Shown piece after piece: positions 27,890 to 37,770 of a stretch of DNA of 64,000 bases (position 1 is its first letter; every line of letters begins with the position of its first letter). This DNA comes from Octopus vulgaris (taxonomy: Eukaryota). The position numbers and the translations under genes were made by a program. Location of the stretch: contig OX597816.1 in the NCBI GenBank assembly GCA_951406725.2, positions 98,704,001-98,768,000 of the forward strand, written 5' to 3'. Below the pieces are notes generated by a model. The model was not told where the DNA came from, did not search any database, and saw only the letters and a list, made by a program, of their open reading frames with translations.

Positions 27890-28650
27890 AAAATTACATA
27901 TATAAATTGTGTTTGATTGTCCTCTCATAGGTTTTGCATCCGATTCCTGAGAGTAAGATTTGTTGGACTACTTCTCTTCTTATAAGCATAGATTTTATGC
28001 CTCTGCATATATGTCTGATATTAATTCATGTCGTCTTTCACGTAATGCTTATTCTTCGTGCTATTTCAAATTTGACTGTAGTTTCCTTTTATCCAAATAT
28101 GAAAAACAGTATGAAAAGTCTTCTGTTATTCAACTACTCCCCTTTTTAGCAGTTCTATGTCACTTACAGTTTTCAGTTTGGCTTTGATGAACAAAAATTG
28201 ATCTTTGGAACACAGCATCAGTTCTGTTTTTCTCAAAGTGGGCTTTTCTATGGAGTTATTTATTCTCTGCGATACTATCATAAATAACTGAATCTAAGCT
28301 GCAACCAAATTATAAATCTGTGTTTTTTTCCTTTCCTCTTTTTTTTTTCAATTTACTTGTGTTTTTAGTATTGATGATTCCGATACTTTCCCAGTGAAAT
28401 ATACGTATGCTGTTCTAGATTCTGCGATATCGTCATTACCTATATTTGCCAGCATTTTTACTGTATCCATCAAGCATTCTAATCCTATATAGCTGATTTT
28501 ATCAATTACTTTTATATACCAGTTTCTTATGTTTGCCGTGTCAAATATTCTTTCTTTCCTTAACAGATTTGACGACGATTGTTCAGGTGCTGTGTTCGAT
28601 ATTTGGAACACTCTCTGCCAAGGCGTTTCCATAACTTATTCAATTCTTCT
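27890..28650 (-). mobile_element. Very decayed LINE RT remnant (RTE-like)
   Basis: 'TAYVYFTGKVSESSILKT' (cf. V...GE.S..F.I.TGVRQG), 'FEIARRISI' (cf. EIxRRIxxA), 'LLSG' (cf. LLYG) in order; surrounding 26.7-29 kb is strongly T-skewed. Confidence 0.4.
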
Positions 28651-29024
28651 TGATATTTTCCTCACTTGTTATGTGCAATGCCTTAATTTCTGTTTTATTT
28701 GCTTTATGATTTACCGAATACTTATGAATGAGAAGAAGTATCTATGACTTTTGGGAACGCCATCATGCTTTTGATACGATAGTTATTTGCGATTTGATGA
28801 TAATCTTTTGCGTCAAGTTCTCTTTCTATTTCAGTATTTCTTCTGTGTAACTCTGTTGTTTGTACTTCTTTTTGTACTTCACTTCTTTATTGTAACTCTT
28901 TACTTCTTTATTTCATGTATGTATTTTTGTGTTGGGTCTTAATAAAGTTCGTATGAATTTAACTTCATTCTTCAGTATTCTAGAGTGTGTCTCTATTTTT
29001 CAGCTATAATATTTTGTGTAAGAA

Positions 29025-29400
29025 GCTAACATAATCGTAAGCACGTCGTACAATATGCTCAGTGGCATTTCTTCTGTCTTTACGTTCTGAGTTCAGAATT
29101 TCGGGGTAGATAGAAAAAGTACTAGTTGAGCACAGGGATCAATGTAATCGACTGTTGTCGTTTTTGATACTCTATCTATTCTTTTTCTTTTTCGTCATTT
29201 CATGCAAACACCGTTTGACAACTGATGTTGGTGTCTTTATACACCCATAAATCAGCGGTTCGGGAAAAGAGATGGATAACATAAGTACCAGACTTTAAAA
29301 AGAATGAAAATACTGAGATCGATTCATTCGACTAAAGATACTTCACGGTGGTACTCCACATGACTGCAGTCTAATGACAGAAACAAGTAAAAATAAAATG
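29025..29400 (+). mobile_element. SINE A fragment (29025-29155) and SINE B 3' half (29205-29400)
   Basis: ttacgttctgagttc..gtaatcgact, then ttgacaactgatgttggtgt..aagtacca..gaaacaagtaaaa. Confidence 0.7.
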
Positions 29401-29883
29401 AAAATGGTAGTTATTGCCCTCAGGCAGTTTATATGTTAAAACATCAGTTAAAACTGTTGCATCAGTGCTGCAAGATTTTAGACATTCTAAGAAGTCTATT
29501 CGAATCAGGATTAATGAGCCAAGACGTTGTAAGATTTACTAAAATGATAGATTAAATATTCATTGCGTATTTCTCCTTCTAGGCAGTAAATGACGTATGT
29601 CTAGTTCTTCAAATGTGAAATATTCTCTTACAATTATCTGTAAAAATTGTGTTGCTAGAACATCCTTTGGGAACCCAAACCCTGCTTTGTTTATAGAGCG
29701 TATGTGTTTCTTTACAGAAGAAAGACGCACTTCGGGAATAATATATGAATTCATGTTGAGAAAAAATTTAAAGAATGATCATGTTCAATTCCGAAATGCA
29801 AGAGAGTGAAGAGTTACTTCTTGCGGATAAACACGAAGACGTTTATTACCCGATAAGATAGATATTAATATTTACAATTAAGA

Positions 29884-30085
29884 AGGCAGCGAGCTGGTAG
29901 ACACGTTAGTACGCTAGCCTAAATGCTTAGCGGTATTTCGTCTGTCTTTACGTTCTCAGTTCAAATTCCGCCGAGATCGACTTTGCTTTTCATCCTTTTG
30001 GAGTAAATGAATTAAGCACCAATTGCGTACGGGGGTTGATGTAATCGGCTGGCCCTTTTCGGGGCTTGTGCCTAGATTAGAAAGG
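29884..30085 (+). mobile_element. SINE family A, copy 1 of a head-to-tail trio
   Basis: ggcagcgagctggtagacacgttag..gttcaaattccgccgagatcgactttgcttttcatcc. Confidence 0.85.
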
Positions 30086-30104
30086 AATATTCACAATATA
30101 GTGA

Positions 30105-30310
30105 AGGTGACGAGATGGCAGAATCGTTAGCACACTGAGCAAAATGCTTAGCTGTATTTCGTCCGTCTTTACGTTCTCAGTTCAAACTCCGCCGAGGTCG
30201 ACTTTACAATCCATCATTCCGGATCGATGAAATAAGTACCTGCTGAGCACTGGAGTCGATGTAATCGATTTAATCTTGAAATTCTTGGCCCTGTATCAAA
30301 ATTGGAAGCC
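30105..30310 (+). mobile_element. SINE family A, copy 2
   Basis: ggtgacgagatggcagaatcgttagcac..gttcaaactccgccgaggtcgacttt. Confidence 0.85.
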
Positions 30311-30329
30311 AATATTTACGATTAATTTA

Positions 30330-30510
30330 AGGTGCCGCGCTGACAGAATGGTTAGTGCGCCGGACAAAATGCTAAGCAGCATTTCGCCCATTCTTACATT
30401 CTGAGTTCAGGAATTCAAATTGCGCCGATGTTGGCTTTGATCTACATTGTTTTCAGTTGAGTTTTGTGGTTGATGTAACAGATTGCCTTCCCCACCATGA
30501 GACCAACATT
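30330..30510 (+). mobile_element. SINE family A, copy 3 (more decayed)
   Basis: ggtgccgcgctgacagaatggttagtgcgccggacaaaatgct..ttctgagttca. Confidence 0.75.
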
Positions 30511-31907
30511 TTCTATTAAGCATAGTGGTACATTTCATTAAGGAACCAGGCAAAACTGCTAAACAATTAGTAGTTGATAATGAAAACATTGATGTGAAAA
30601 TAGAGAAGATAAGATTGCACAAAATAGGAAATTTGCAGGAAAAAGGTGTTTAAAAGAAAATGTTTCTATACCTCGCATAAGCCAATAATTAATGTAAGAA
30701 GCGAAATACGAAACAAGTTAGTTACAAAGAAAAAAAACAAAACATTATGTACAGAAAACGTTTTGAATGTAAGTTCCAAATATCACTTCTGTCATGTAGA
30801 TGATAGAAGGCACAGCTTCATTTAGGTAAACCGTAGACTGATACATCAAAAGATTTTATCGGTGAGTGTTCAAGTACTGATGCATCCCACGCGACATCCA
30901 ACTATAATCTCGATGTTCATGACATTTTTAGTATTATTACTTATAGGCTGATAAGTAGCTATACTTTCACTTTCAGTATGTAATCGCGACAGTTTGAGCC
31001 ACCAAATATAATGTGTTAGTTTTAATACGATCCAGCTAATTGAATAATATTCAATTAGCTGCGACGGAGCCGTCGATGTACATGAGATGGAAGTAAATTT
31101 TGAAGCGAGAATTTTTACTCACTTGAAGTCATTTATTAAAATGACCGCGTAACCCAAATACTGATTCCACATTAAAACCACATTTAGAAACGTAAGATAA
31201 CAATTAATATTTATCCCTTTATACAGCACGTTATAAATTTGAAATTAATTGGAGTATGGACGGAATTGACTGTATAATAAAATGATAAAAGCATTACTTC
31301 GTTTACGTTGATGAGCATCACAGAAGCTTTGAACACATACATGACATAACAAATAAAGGCAAGACTGTTGTTTGCAAACCACTGTTATATACTTTCACAT
31401 CTAGGATCAACATTGATCGGTGAAATACACATGTATATTTAATTGCACACATATATCCAGACATATAAACATAATCACACACTCATTCATATGTATTTAT
31501 ATATATATATGCATACATACACACACACACATTTGTGTGAAATTAGGCAAGTACGACGAAGACGCAACACACAGAACCATCAAATAAAGAACTAACATCA
31601 ACTGCTTCTCTGGGGGATTTCGCAGTTTCAATAGCTTAGTTCCATTGCATTAGTTGCGTCAACAAGTATCAAATATGGTTGACATGGGTTGATACACGAA
31701 CATGAAACAAGGAAGAGTGAAAACATAAAGATAAGAGAAATATATAGTTACGTTATAGCGACTACGACAAATAAACACATCACTAGTTCATGACAAAAAT
31801 CAAATAATTTTACAATACTTTGGAAAGTAAATGATGAGGCACTCACATTACGGAGAGAATGAAAATCTATGCTTTAGATTTGTAATCTGAATTGAGAAAA
31901 ACAGGTC

Positions 31908-31954
<47 letters not shown>

Positions 31955-32026
31955 CTCTCTCTCTCTTTAACTTTCACTCACTCATTCAGTCCCTCCCTGT
32001 GCCTGTCTTACTGTAAGTTTGTGTAT

Positions 32027-32063
<37 letters not shown>

Positions 32064-32091
32064 CGTAAGTTTGTATATTATATATATATAT

Positions 32092-32440
32092 ACGTGGCTC
32101 TATGGTAAGAAGCTTCCTTCCCAGCCACATCATTCCGGGTTTAGTCCCATTGCGTGCGACCTTCGGCAAGTGTCTTCTACTATAGCCTCGGGCCGACCAA
32201 AGCCTGATGTGTGGACTTGTTAGACGGAAGCTGGAAGCATCTTGTTAAGTGTATATATGTATTTATGTCGGTTTGTCCTCGCATCATCGCTTGACAACCT
32301 ATGTTGGTTTGTTTACATCCCCGTTTCTAATCGGTTCGGCAAAAGAGACAGATAGAAGTACTAGTCATGGTATCAACTTGGTCGAGTAAAAGCGGTGCTC
32401 CAGCATGACAGCTGTCAAATGACTGAAGCAAGTAAAACGA
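32092..32440 (+). mobile_element. SINE family B, near full length
   Basis: gtggctctatggtaagaagctt..ccgggtttagtccc..ggccgaccaaagcc..gcggtgctccagcatg..gactgaagcaagtaaaa. Confidence 0.88.
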
Positions 32441-32694
32441 TACATATAAATGCGTGAGTGGACAAACGAAAGAAAAGGGCACTCAACACTTTTAGTTAAA
32501 ATTATATATATTGATTAACACAGTTTGATTCGGTTTTCCATGCTATTTTATGTTTCGCAGGCCCCTAATGGAGACCATCTCCGTCAGGCTTCTATCAGAG
32601 CCGAATCCTCAGTGAGATTTTTAGACGATGCATGTATATACCTGTGTGTGCGCGCGCGTGTATATATATATATATACACACACACACAGGCACG

Positions 32695-32768
<74 letters not shown>

Positions 32769-32859
32769 TGTATGTATGTATGTATGTATGTATGTATGTA
32801 TGTATGTATGTATGAATGTATGTATGTATGTATGTATGTATGTATGTATGTATCATCAC

Positions 32860-33015
32860 ATCGAAACTAACTATGACTTAATTTTTCCTCTCACACCGTC
32901 TCCGATGAAGGGATATTATTAATTAATATCCAAGAATCAGCTGTAAGAACATATATCTATAAATGCTATAATATCTATACACCCTTGTTTTTTTATCTTA
33001 TTACGCAATAAATTA
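32860..33015 (+). mobile_element. Penelope-type terminal-repeat fragment with degenerate HHR (32898-32950)
   Basis: GTCT CCGATGA AG GGATATT attaatt AATATCC aa GAATC AGCT GTA AGAAC; palindromic stem III loop AGCT; two core substitutions. Confidence 0.55.
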
Positions 33016-33016
33016 T

Positions 33017-33054
<38 letters not shown>

Positions 33055-33096
33055 CATATACATAGATCGATAGATAGATATGTATTTATACACACA

Positions 33097-33180
<84 letters not shown>

Positions 33181-33543
33181 CTCTTTTACTCTTTTACTTG
33201 TTTCAGTCATTTGACTGCGGCCATGCTGGAGCACCACCTTTTAGTACTTATTCTATCGGTCTCTTTTTGCCGAACCGCTAAGTGACGGGGACCTAAACAC
33301 ACCAGCATCGGTTGTCAAGCAATGCTAGAGGGACAAACACAGACACACAAACACACGCATACATATATATATACATATATACGACAGGCTTCTTTCAGTT
33401 TCCGTCTACCAAATTCCACTCACAAGGCATTGGTCGGCCCGGGGCTATAGCAGAAGACACTTGCCCAAGATGCCACGCAGTGGGACCGAACCCGGAACCA
33501 TGTGGTTGGTTAGCAAGCTACTTACCACACAGCCACTCCTGCG

Positions 33544-33546
<3 letters not shown>
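33181..33546 (-). mobile_element. SINE family B, full length, well preserved
   Basis: Minus strand GGCGCAGGAGTGGCTGTGTGGTAAG..GGGTTCGGTCCC (A/B boxes) through CAGCATGGCCGCAGTCAAATGACTGAAACAAG(TAAAAGAG)2; sits in (TA)n. Confidence 0.92.
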
Positions 33547-33608
<62 letters not shown>

Positions 33609-33659
33609 GATCGATAGATAGATATGTATTTATATATATATATATATAAATATTTATAT

Positions 33660-34558
33660 ATAAATCCTTAAATCCTTAAAACTGTTTTAGCCCGAAGGCC
33701 GCGGCCATGCAGTGGCGCCCCGTTCTGCGGTTGGGGTAACTTTGAATGCCAAAGTTTGGGACAAGACCCTCCAGGATTTTCTAGATGTATATCACCGCAT
33801 ATCTCTCCCACCCCCGCTCTAGGGAGAAGAGGTTTAATACTTTCAGTCTTTCCCAGTAGCTGATATTTTGCATTGAGACGATTTTCTTTGTGTAGCTTCT
33901 CTGAATTGCTTCGCGTTCTGCTGTTAGTTTTATATTGTGTGGTGACCATAGTTGGGAGCAGTAGTCCAAGCGGCTGAGGACGAATGTTTTCCATAGGACC
34001 ATCAGTATCTCCTCTCTTGTTCTGAAAGTTCGGAGAATCCATCCAGCTAGCCGTCTGCATTTTATCACCAGATTAGTAATATGCACTTGGAAAGATGCAT
34101 CATTGCTCATGTCAATGCCCAGGTCACGCACTGATTTTGACTCAGGGATTGCAATTCTTCCTGGGCCAGTGTATCCAGTCTGCACGTCGTTTACCTTTGT
34201 GTGCCGGCAGCGCAGGGCCTGGAACTTGCCTGCATTAAGCTGCATGTTGTTGTCCTCAGCCCACCTGTATAATGTGTCCAACTCCTGTTCCAGATGCGCA
34301 ATATTTTCAGGGTTTTGTATTGTGTGGGAGACTTTTGTGTCATCTGCATAGCTAGCAAGGTTGGTCATCATAGCAACTGAAGGCATGTCTGAAAGGGCCA
34401 ATATGAACATCAGTGGCCCCAAGACAGTGCTCTGTGGGACATTGCTTGTTATTTGTGTTTCCTTGGAGGTTGCTTCATTGCTCACAACTGCCTGTTTTCT
34501 GTCTTTTAGGAAGTTGTGCAGCCATTCTCCAAGTTTTCCGCCTATGCCGAAACCACGC
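33660..34558 (-). mobile_element. 5'-truncated CR1 LINE (RT C-terminal half plus 3' tail)
   Basis: ORF 33781-34560: 'VPQSTVLGPLMF..SYADDTK..WAEDNNMQLNAGKF..RDLGI'; the other frame continues 'SRLDYCSQLWSP..SLER..RYAVIYI'; YADD at 34339-34350. Confidence 0.93.
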
Positions 34559-34561
34559 ATA

Positions 34562-34598
<37 letters not shown>

Positions 34599-34599
34599 C

Positions 34600-34745
34600 T
34601 CTCTGTGTATCTTTCTGTTGAAGAGCGTAGGCTCGAAACGTTAAAGACTTGTTTTATTTATATTTCCTGAGCGCCATACTAATACAATTGTTTGTTTGTT
34701 TTCCACCTGCCTTCGTCTTTTGTCTATTTTCATAAAGCTTCCCGT

Positions 34746-34747
<2 letters not shown>
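34600..34747 (+). mobile_element. Second copy of the HHR-bearing terminal-repeat fragment (HHR 34610-34647)
   Basis: Near-identical to 24811-24957; TCTTT CTGTTGA A GAGC GTAG GCTC GAAAC GTT AAAGA. Confidence 0.7.
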
Positions 34748-34778
<31 letters not shown>

Positions 34779-34785
34779 ATGTATA

Positions 34786-34985
34786 TTCTTTTACTTGTTT
34801 CACTTATTTGACTTCGGCCATGCTGGTGTATCGCGTTTAGTCGTACAAATTGACCCAGGATTTATTCTTTCTGGACCTCGTATTTCTATCGGTTTCTTTT
34901 TCCGGATTTGTAAGTTACGGGTGCGTAGACACACCAACATCGGTTGTCATTCGATTTTGGGGGTGACACAGACAAATACACACAC
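34786..34985 (-). mobile_element. SINE family B 3' half
   Basis: cttttacttgtttc..cggccatgctgg..tctatcggt..caccaacatcggttgtca. Confidence 0.75.
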
Positions 34986-34987
34986 AT

Positions 34988-35043
<56 letters not shown>

Positions 35044-35411
35044 AAGGGCTTAGTAAAATAAATTACTTCGCCGCATACTGAACTCATTAGAAATAGCAGC
35101 TAAAAAACTTTTTTAAAGCTATTTCTAATACTTAAAGAAAATCTCTCTCATAACACTTGGTGAAATTGATTAATAATTAATTAATTTTACCCTCAATTGT
35201 TGAAATTATAATTAATCTCCTCTAATTAATGCTTCGGATTTTACCGAAATAAGCATAGCGTTTGATGATTTTAACCCACGCTGGTGGAAAGGGGAGAACA
35301 GAAATGATTCACTTGCTTATTTGGGTTTGTTTGGCACTGTTAGTTAAGAGCGGATCTTCGAAAGGGTATGTTCTTACTTTCAGTGTTTCCAAATCCAAAC
35401 CAAGGAATTTC

Positions 35412-35463
35412 TGAGCTGAAGAGAGAAATGTTGTTTTGACTAATCTTGAAACGTACGTACTCA
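35412..35463 (+). ncRNA. Type I minimal hammerhead ribozyme (unit 1)
   Basis: Stem I TGAG/CTCA; core CTGAAGA (35416-35422); stem II GAGA/TCTT; GAAAC (35448-35452); palindromic loop GTAC; GTA with predicted cleavage after 35459. Confidence 0.8.
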
Positions 35464-35957
35464 AATAACCTTAGCATTTGATTTTTTAATGTCCTTACCC
35501 CCAAACTTTTGTGAGTTGAATTAAGCAAACGCTATATATGAGAGAGATTTTCTTTAAGTATTAGAAATAGATTTAAAAAAGTTTTTTAGCTGCTATTTCT
35601 AATGAGTTCAGTATGCGGCGAAGTAATTTATTTTACTAAGCCCTTTTATATAATGTAATAATTTGAATTCGCCTTAAATGGTCCCTTTGCATACTGAACA
35701 CTTGGTGAAATTGATTAATAATTAATTAATTTTACCCTCAATTGTTGAAATTATAATTAATCTCCCTCTAATTAATGCTTCGGATTTTACCGAAATAAGC
35801 ATAGCGTTTGATGATTTTAACCCACGCTGGTGGAAAGGGGAGAACAGAAATGATTCACTTGCTTATTTGGGTTTGTTTGGCACTGTTAGTTAAGAGCGGA
35901 TCTTCGAAAGGGTATGTTCTTACTTTCAGTGTTTCCAAATCCAAACCAAGGAATTTC

Positions 35958-36009
35958 TGAGCTGAAGAGAGAAATGTTGTTTTGACTAATCTTGAAACGT
36001 ACGTACTCA
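35958..36009 (+). ncRNA. Type I minimal hammerhead ribozyme (unit 2)
   Basis: Identical motif 546 bp downstream; predicted cleavage after 36005. Confidence 0.8.
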
Positions 36010-36929
36010 AATAACCTTAGCATTTGATTTTTTAATGTCCTTACCCCCAAACTTTTGTGAGTTGAATTAAGCAAACGCTATATATGAGAGAGATTTTCTT
36101 TAAGTATTAGAAATAGTTTTAAAAAAGTTTTTTAGCTGCTATTTCTAATGAGTTCAGTATGCGGCGAAGTAATTTATTTTACTAAGCCCTTTTATATAAT
36201 GTAATAATTTGAATTCGCCTTAAATGGTCCCTTTGCATACTGAACACTTGGTGAAATTGATTAATAATTAATTAATTTTACCCTCAATTGTTGAAATGTA
36301 TATATATATATATATATAGATGTATCTATCTATCTATATATGTATCTATCTATATATATGTATATATATATATATAGATGTAACTATCTATATGTGCATA
36401 TATCTATGTATATATATATATTTATATATATATAGATAGATGTATCTATCTATATATATATATATATATATATGATATAAATGTATCTATCTATATGTGC
36501 ATATATCTATGTATATATATAGATACATGTATCTATCTATATATAGATACGCAGGTCTTATTCATATTCTCTTCTATTGCTGGTTTTTTCTCGAAAATAT
36601 CTCCTTCTCCCTCTTGACCGCAAATATTTCCCTTCCCTCCTCCGTTCACATCTTTTAATCAAATGCCACTCCCTTTGCAAATCTCTATGACACAGCCGAA
36701 ATAGCCCTATTGAAAACTACGGGTCAAATGACCTTGCTTAAATTCATTAACTCTCCCACACCCTGACGTCTTTATTCCATTTTTTTCATTTCTATTTTCT
36801 TTCTTATATTAATAATTTCTCACCACATTTATATTCTGTACTTTTACCGTGTTCGCAACACATTCTGATCTAATCTTCCGTGTTTTAACATGTACCTCCT
36901 TGCGACAATGTAAACTTTCAAGTAATCAA

Positions 36930-37630
36930 CAATACTTGTTGCGTGTTATTAATACACCCAGGAACGCTAGCTGATTGCGTTTTTCCTTTTCCATTGTGAA
37001 CTTTATGACTTTATTTAGTTCACATGATCTAACAGCACTTGGACGTCTTCCTTGTGGGGCCAGATTATAAAGGTATCATCAACATACTGTCTAAGGCGTT
37101 GAGCTGGCAGAAACGTTAGCACGCCGGGCGAGATGCTTAGCGTTATTTTGTCTGCCGCTACGTTCTGAGTTCAAATTCCGCCGAGGTCGACTTTGCCTTT
37201 CATCCATTTGCGGTCGATAAATTAAGTACCAGTTTTGCACTGGGGTCCATATATTCGACTTAATCCGTTGTCTGTCCTTGTTTGTCCCCTCTGTGTTTAG
37301 ACCATTGTGGGTAGTAAAGAAATAGGTATCATCAACATACCGTAGCCATAGGCTTGGTTTTAGTGGTGTTTATCCTAAAGCCAAATTCTCAAAGTATTCC
37401 ATGTATGTATTGGCTATTATCGGTGATAATGCCGAACCTATAGCTAAATCTCTCTCTATATATATATATATCAGTGCCCATGCTGAAGTAGATAGTTTCT
37501 ACACAGGTCAAGATTTCCCTCAGGTTTCTCATTAGCATACTAGTGCTTAATAGATTGTTACGTAGCTTTAGCATTTCTTCGTAGTGTGTATCAGGTCCGC
37601 TACTTATTTTCTTTGCTCGATGTTTAAGGC
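36930..37630 (-). mobile_element. Penelope-like RT core fragment interrupted by a SINE
   Basis: 'GSALSPIIANTYMEYFENLAL..KPSLWLRYVDDTFIIWPH..IKFTMEKE..QLAFLGVLITR' are PLE RT motifs (MGSPLSP..AN.YM, RYVDD, FT.E.E). Confidence 0.88.
37088..37323 (+). mobile_element. SINE family A, full length, perfect 17-bp TSD
   Basis: ggcgttgagctggcagaaacgttagc..gagttcaaattcc..taaagaaat; TSD aggtatcatcaacatac at 37071-37087 and 37324-37340. Confidence 0.93.
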
Positions 37631-37770
37631 TTGGGTTCAAAATTCTACCAGAATACCTGATAAAGCCTGGAGAGTAAATCATTCGAAACGCTGTGGTAAC
37701 AACAAACAAGATGATGACACATATCCGTCCAATGTAAATAATGTAAATAATGTACAGAATTCCTCAATGA
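37631..37770 (+). mobile_element. Penelope terminal repeat, inverted relative to the adjacent RT, with degenerate HHR (37653-37697)
   Basis: cctgataaagcctggagagtaaatcattcgaaacgctgtggtaacaacaaacaagatga..aatgtaaataatgta aligns with 42270-42375. Confidence 0.7.

Larger units (their letters stand above)
35036..36297 (+). mobile_element. Retrozyme-like / Penelope-terminal-repeat tandem array: 545+546-bp units, a partial third unit and an inverted 5' piece
   Basis: Units 35152-35696 and 35697-36242, partial 36243-36297, near-identical; 35036-35152 is the reverse complement of 35537-35654; one HHR per unit; (TA)n on both sides; no meaningful ORF. Confidence 0.85.

Noticed and set aside
35340-36074. 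Identical 62-aa ORFs (35340-35528 and 35886-36074, minus strand)
   Set aside because: Identity follows from the DNA duplication; TTG start, no recognisable motif, antisense to the HHR.
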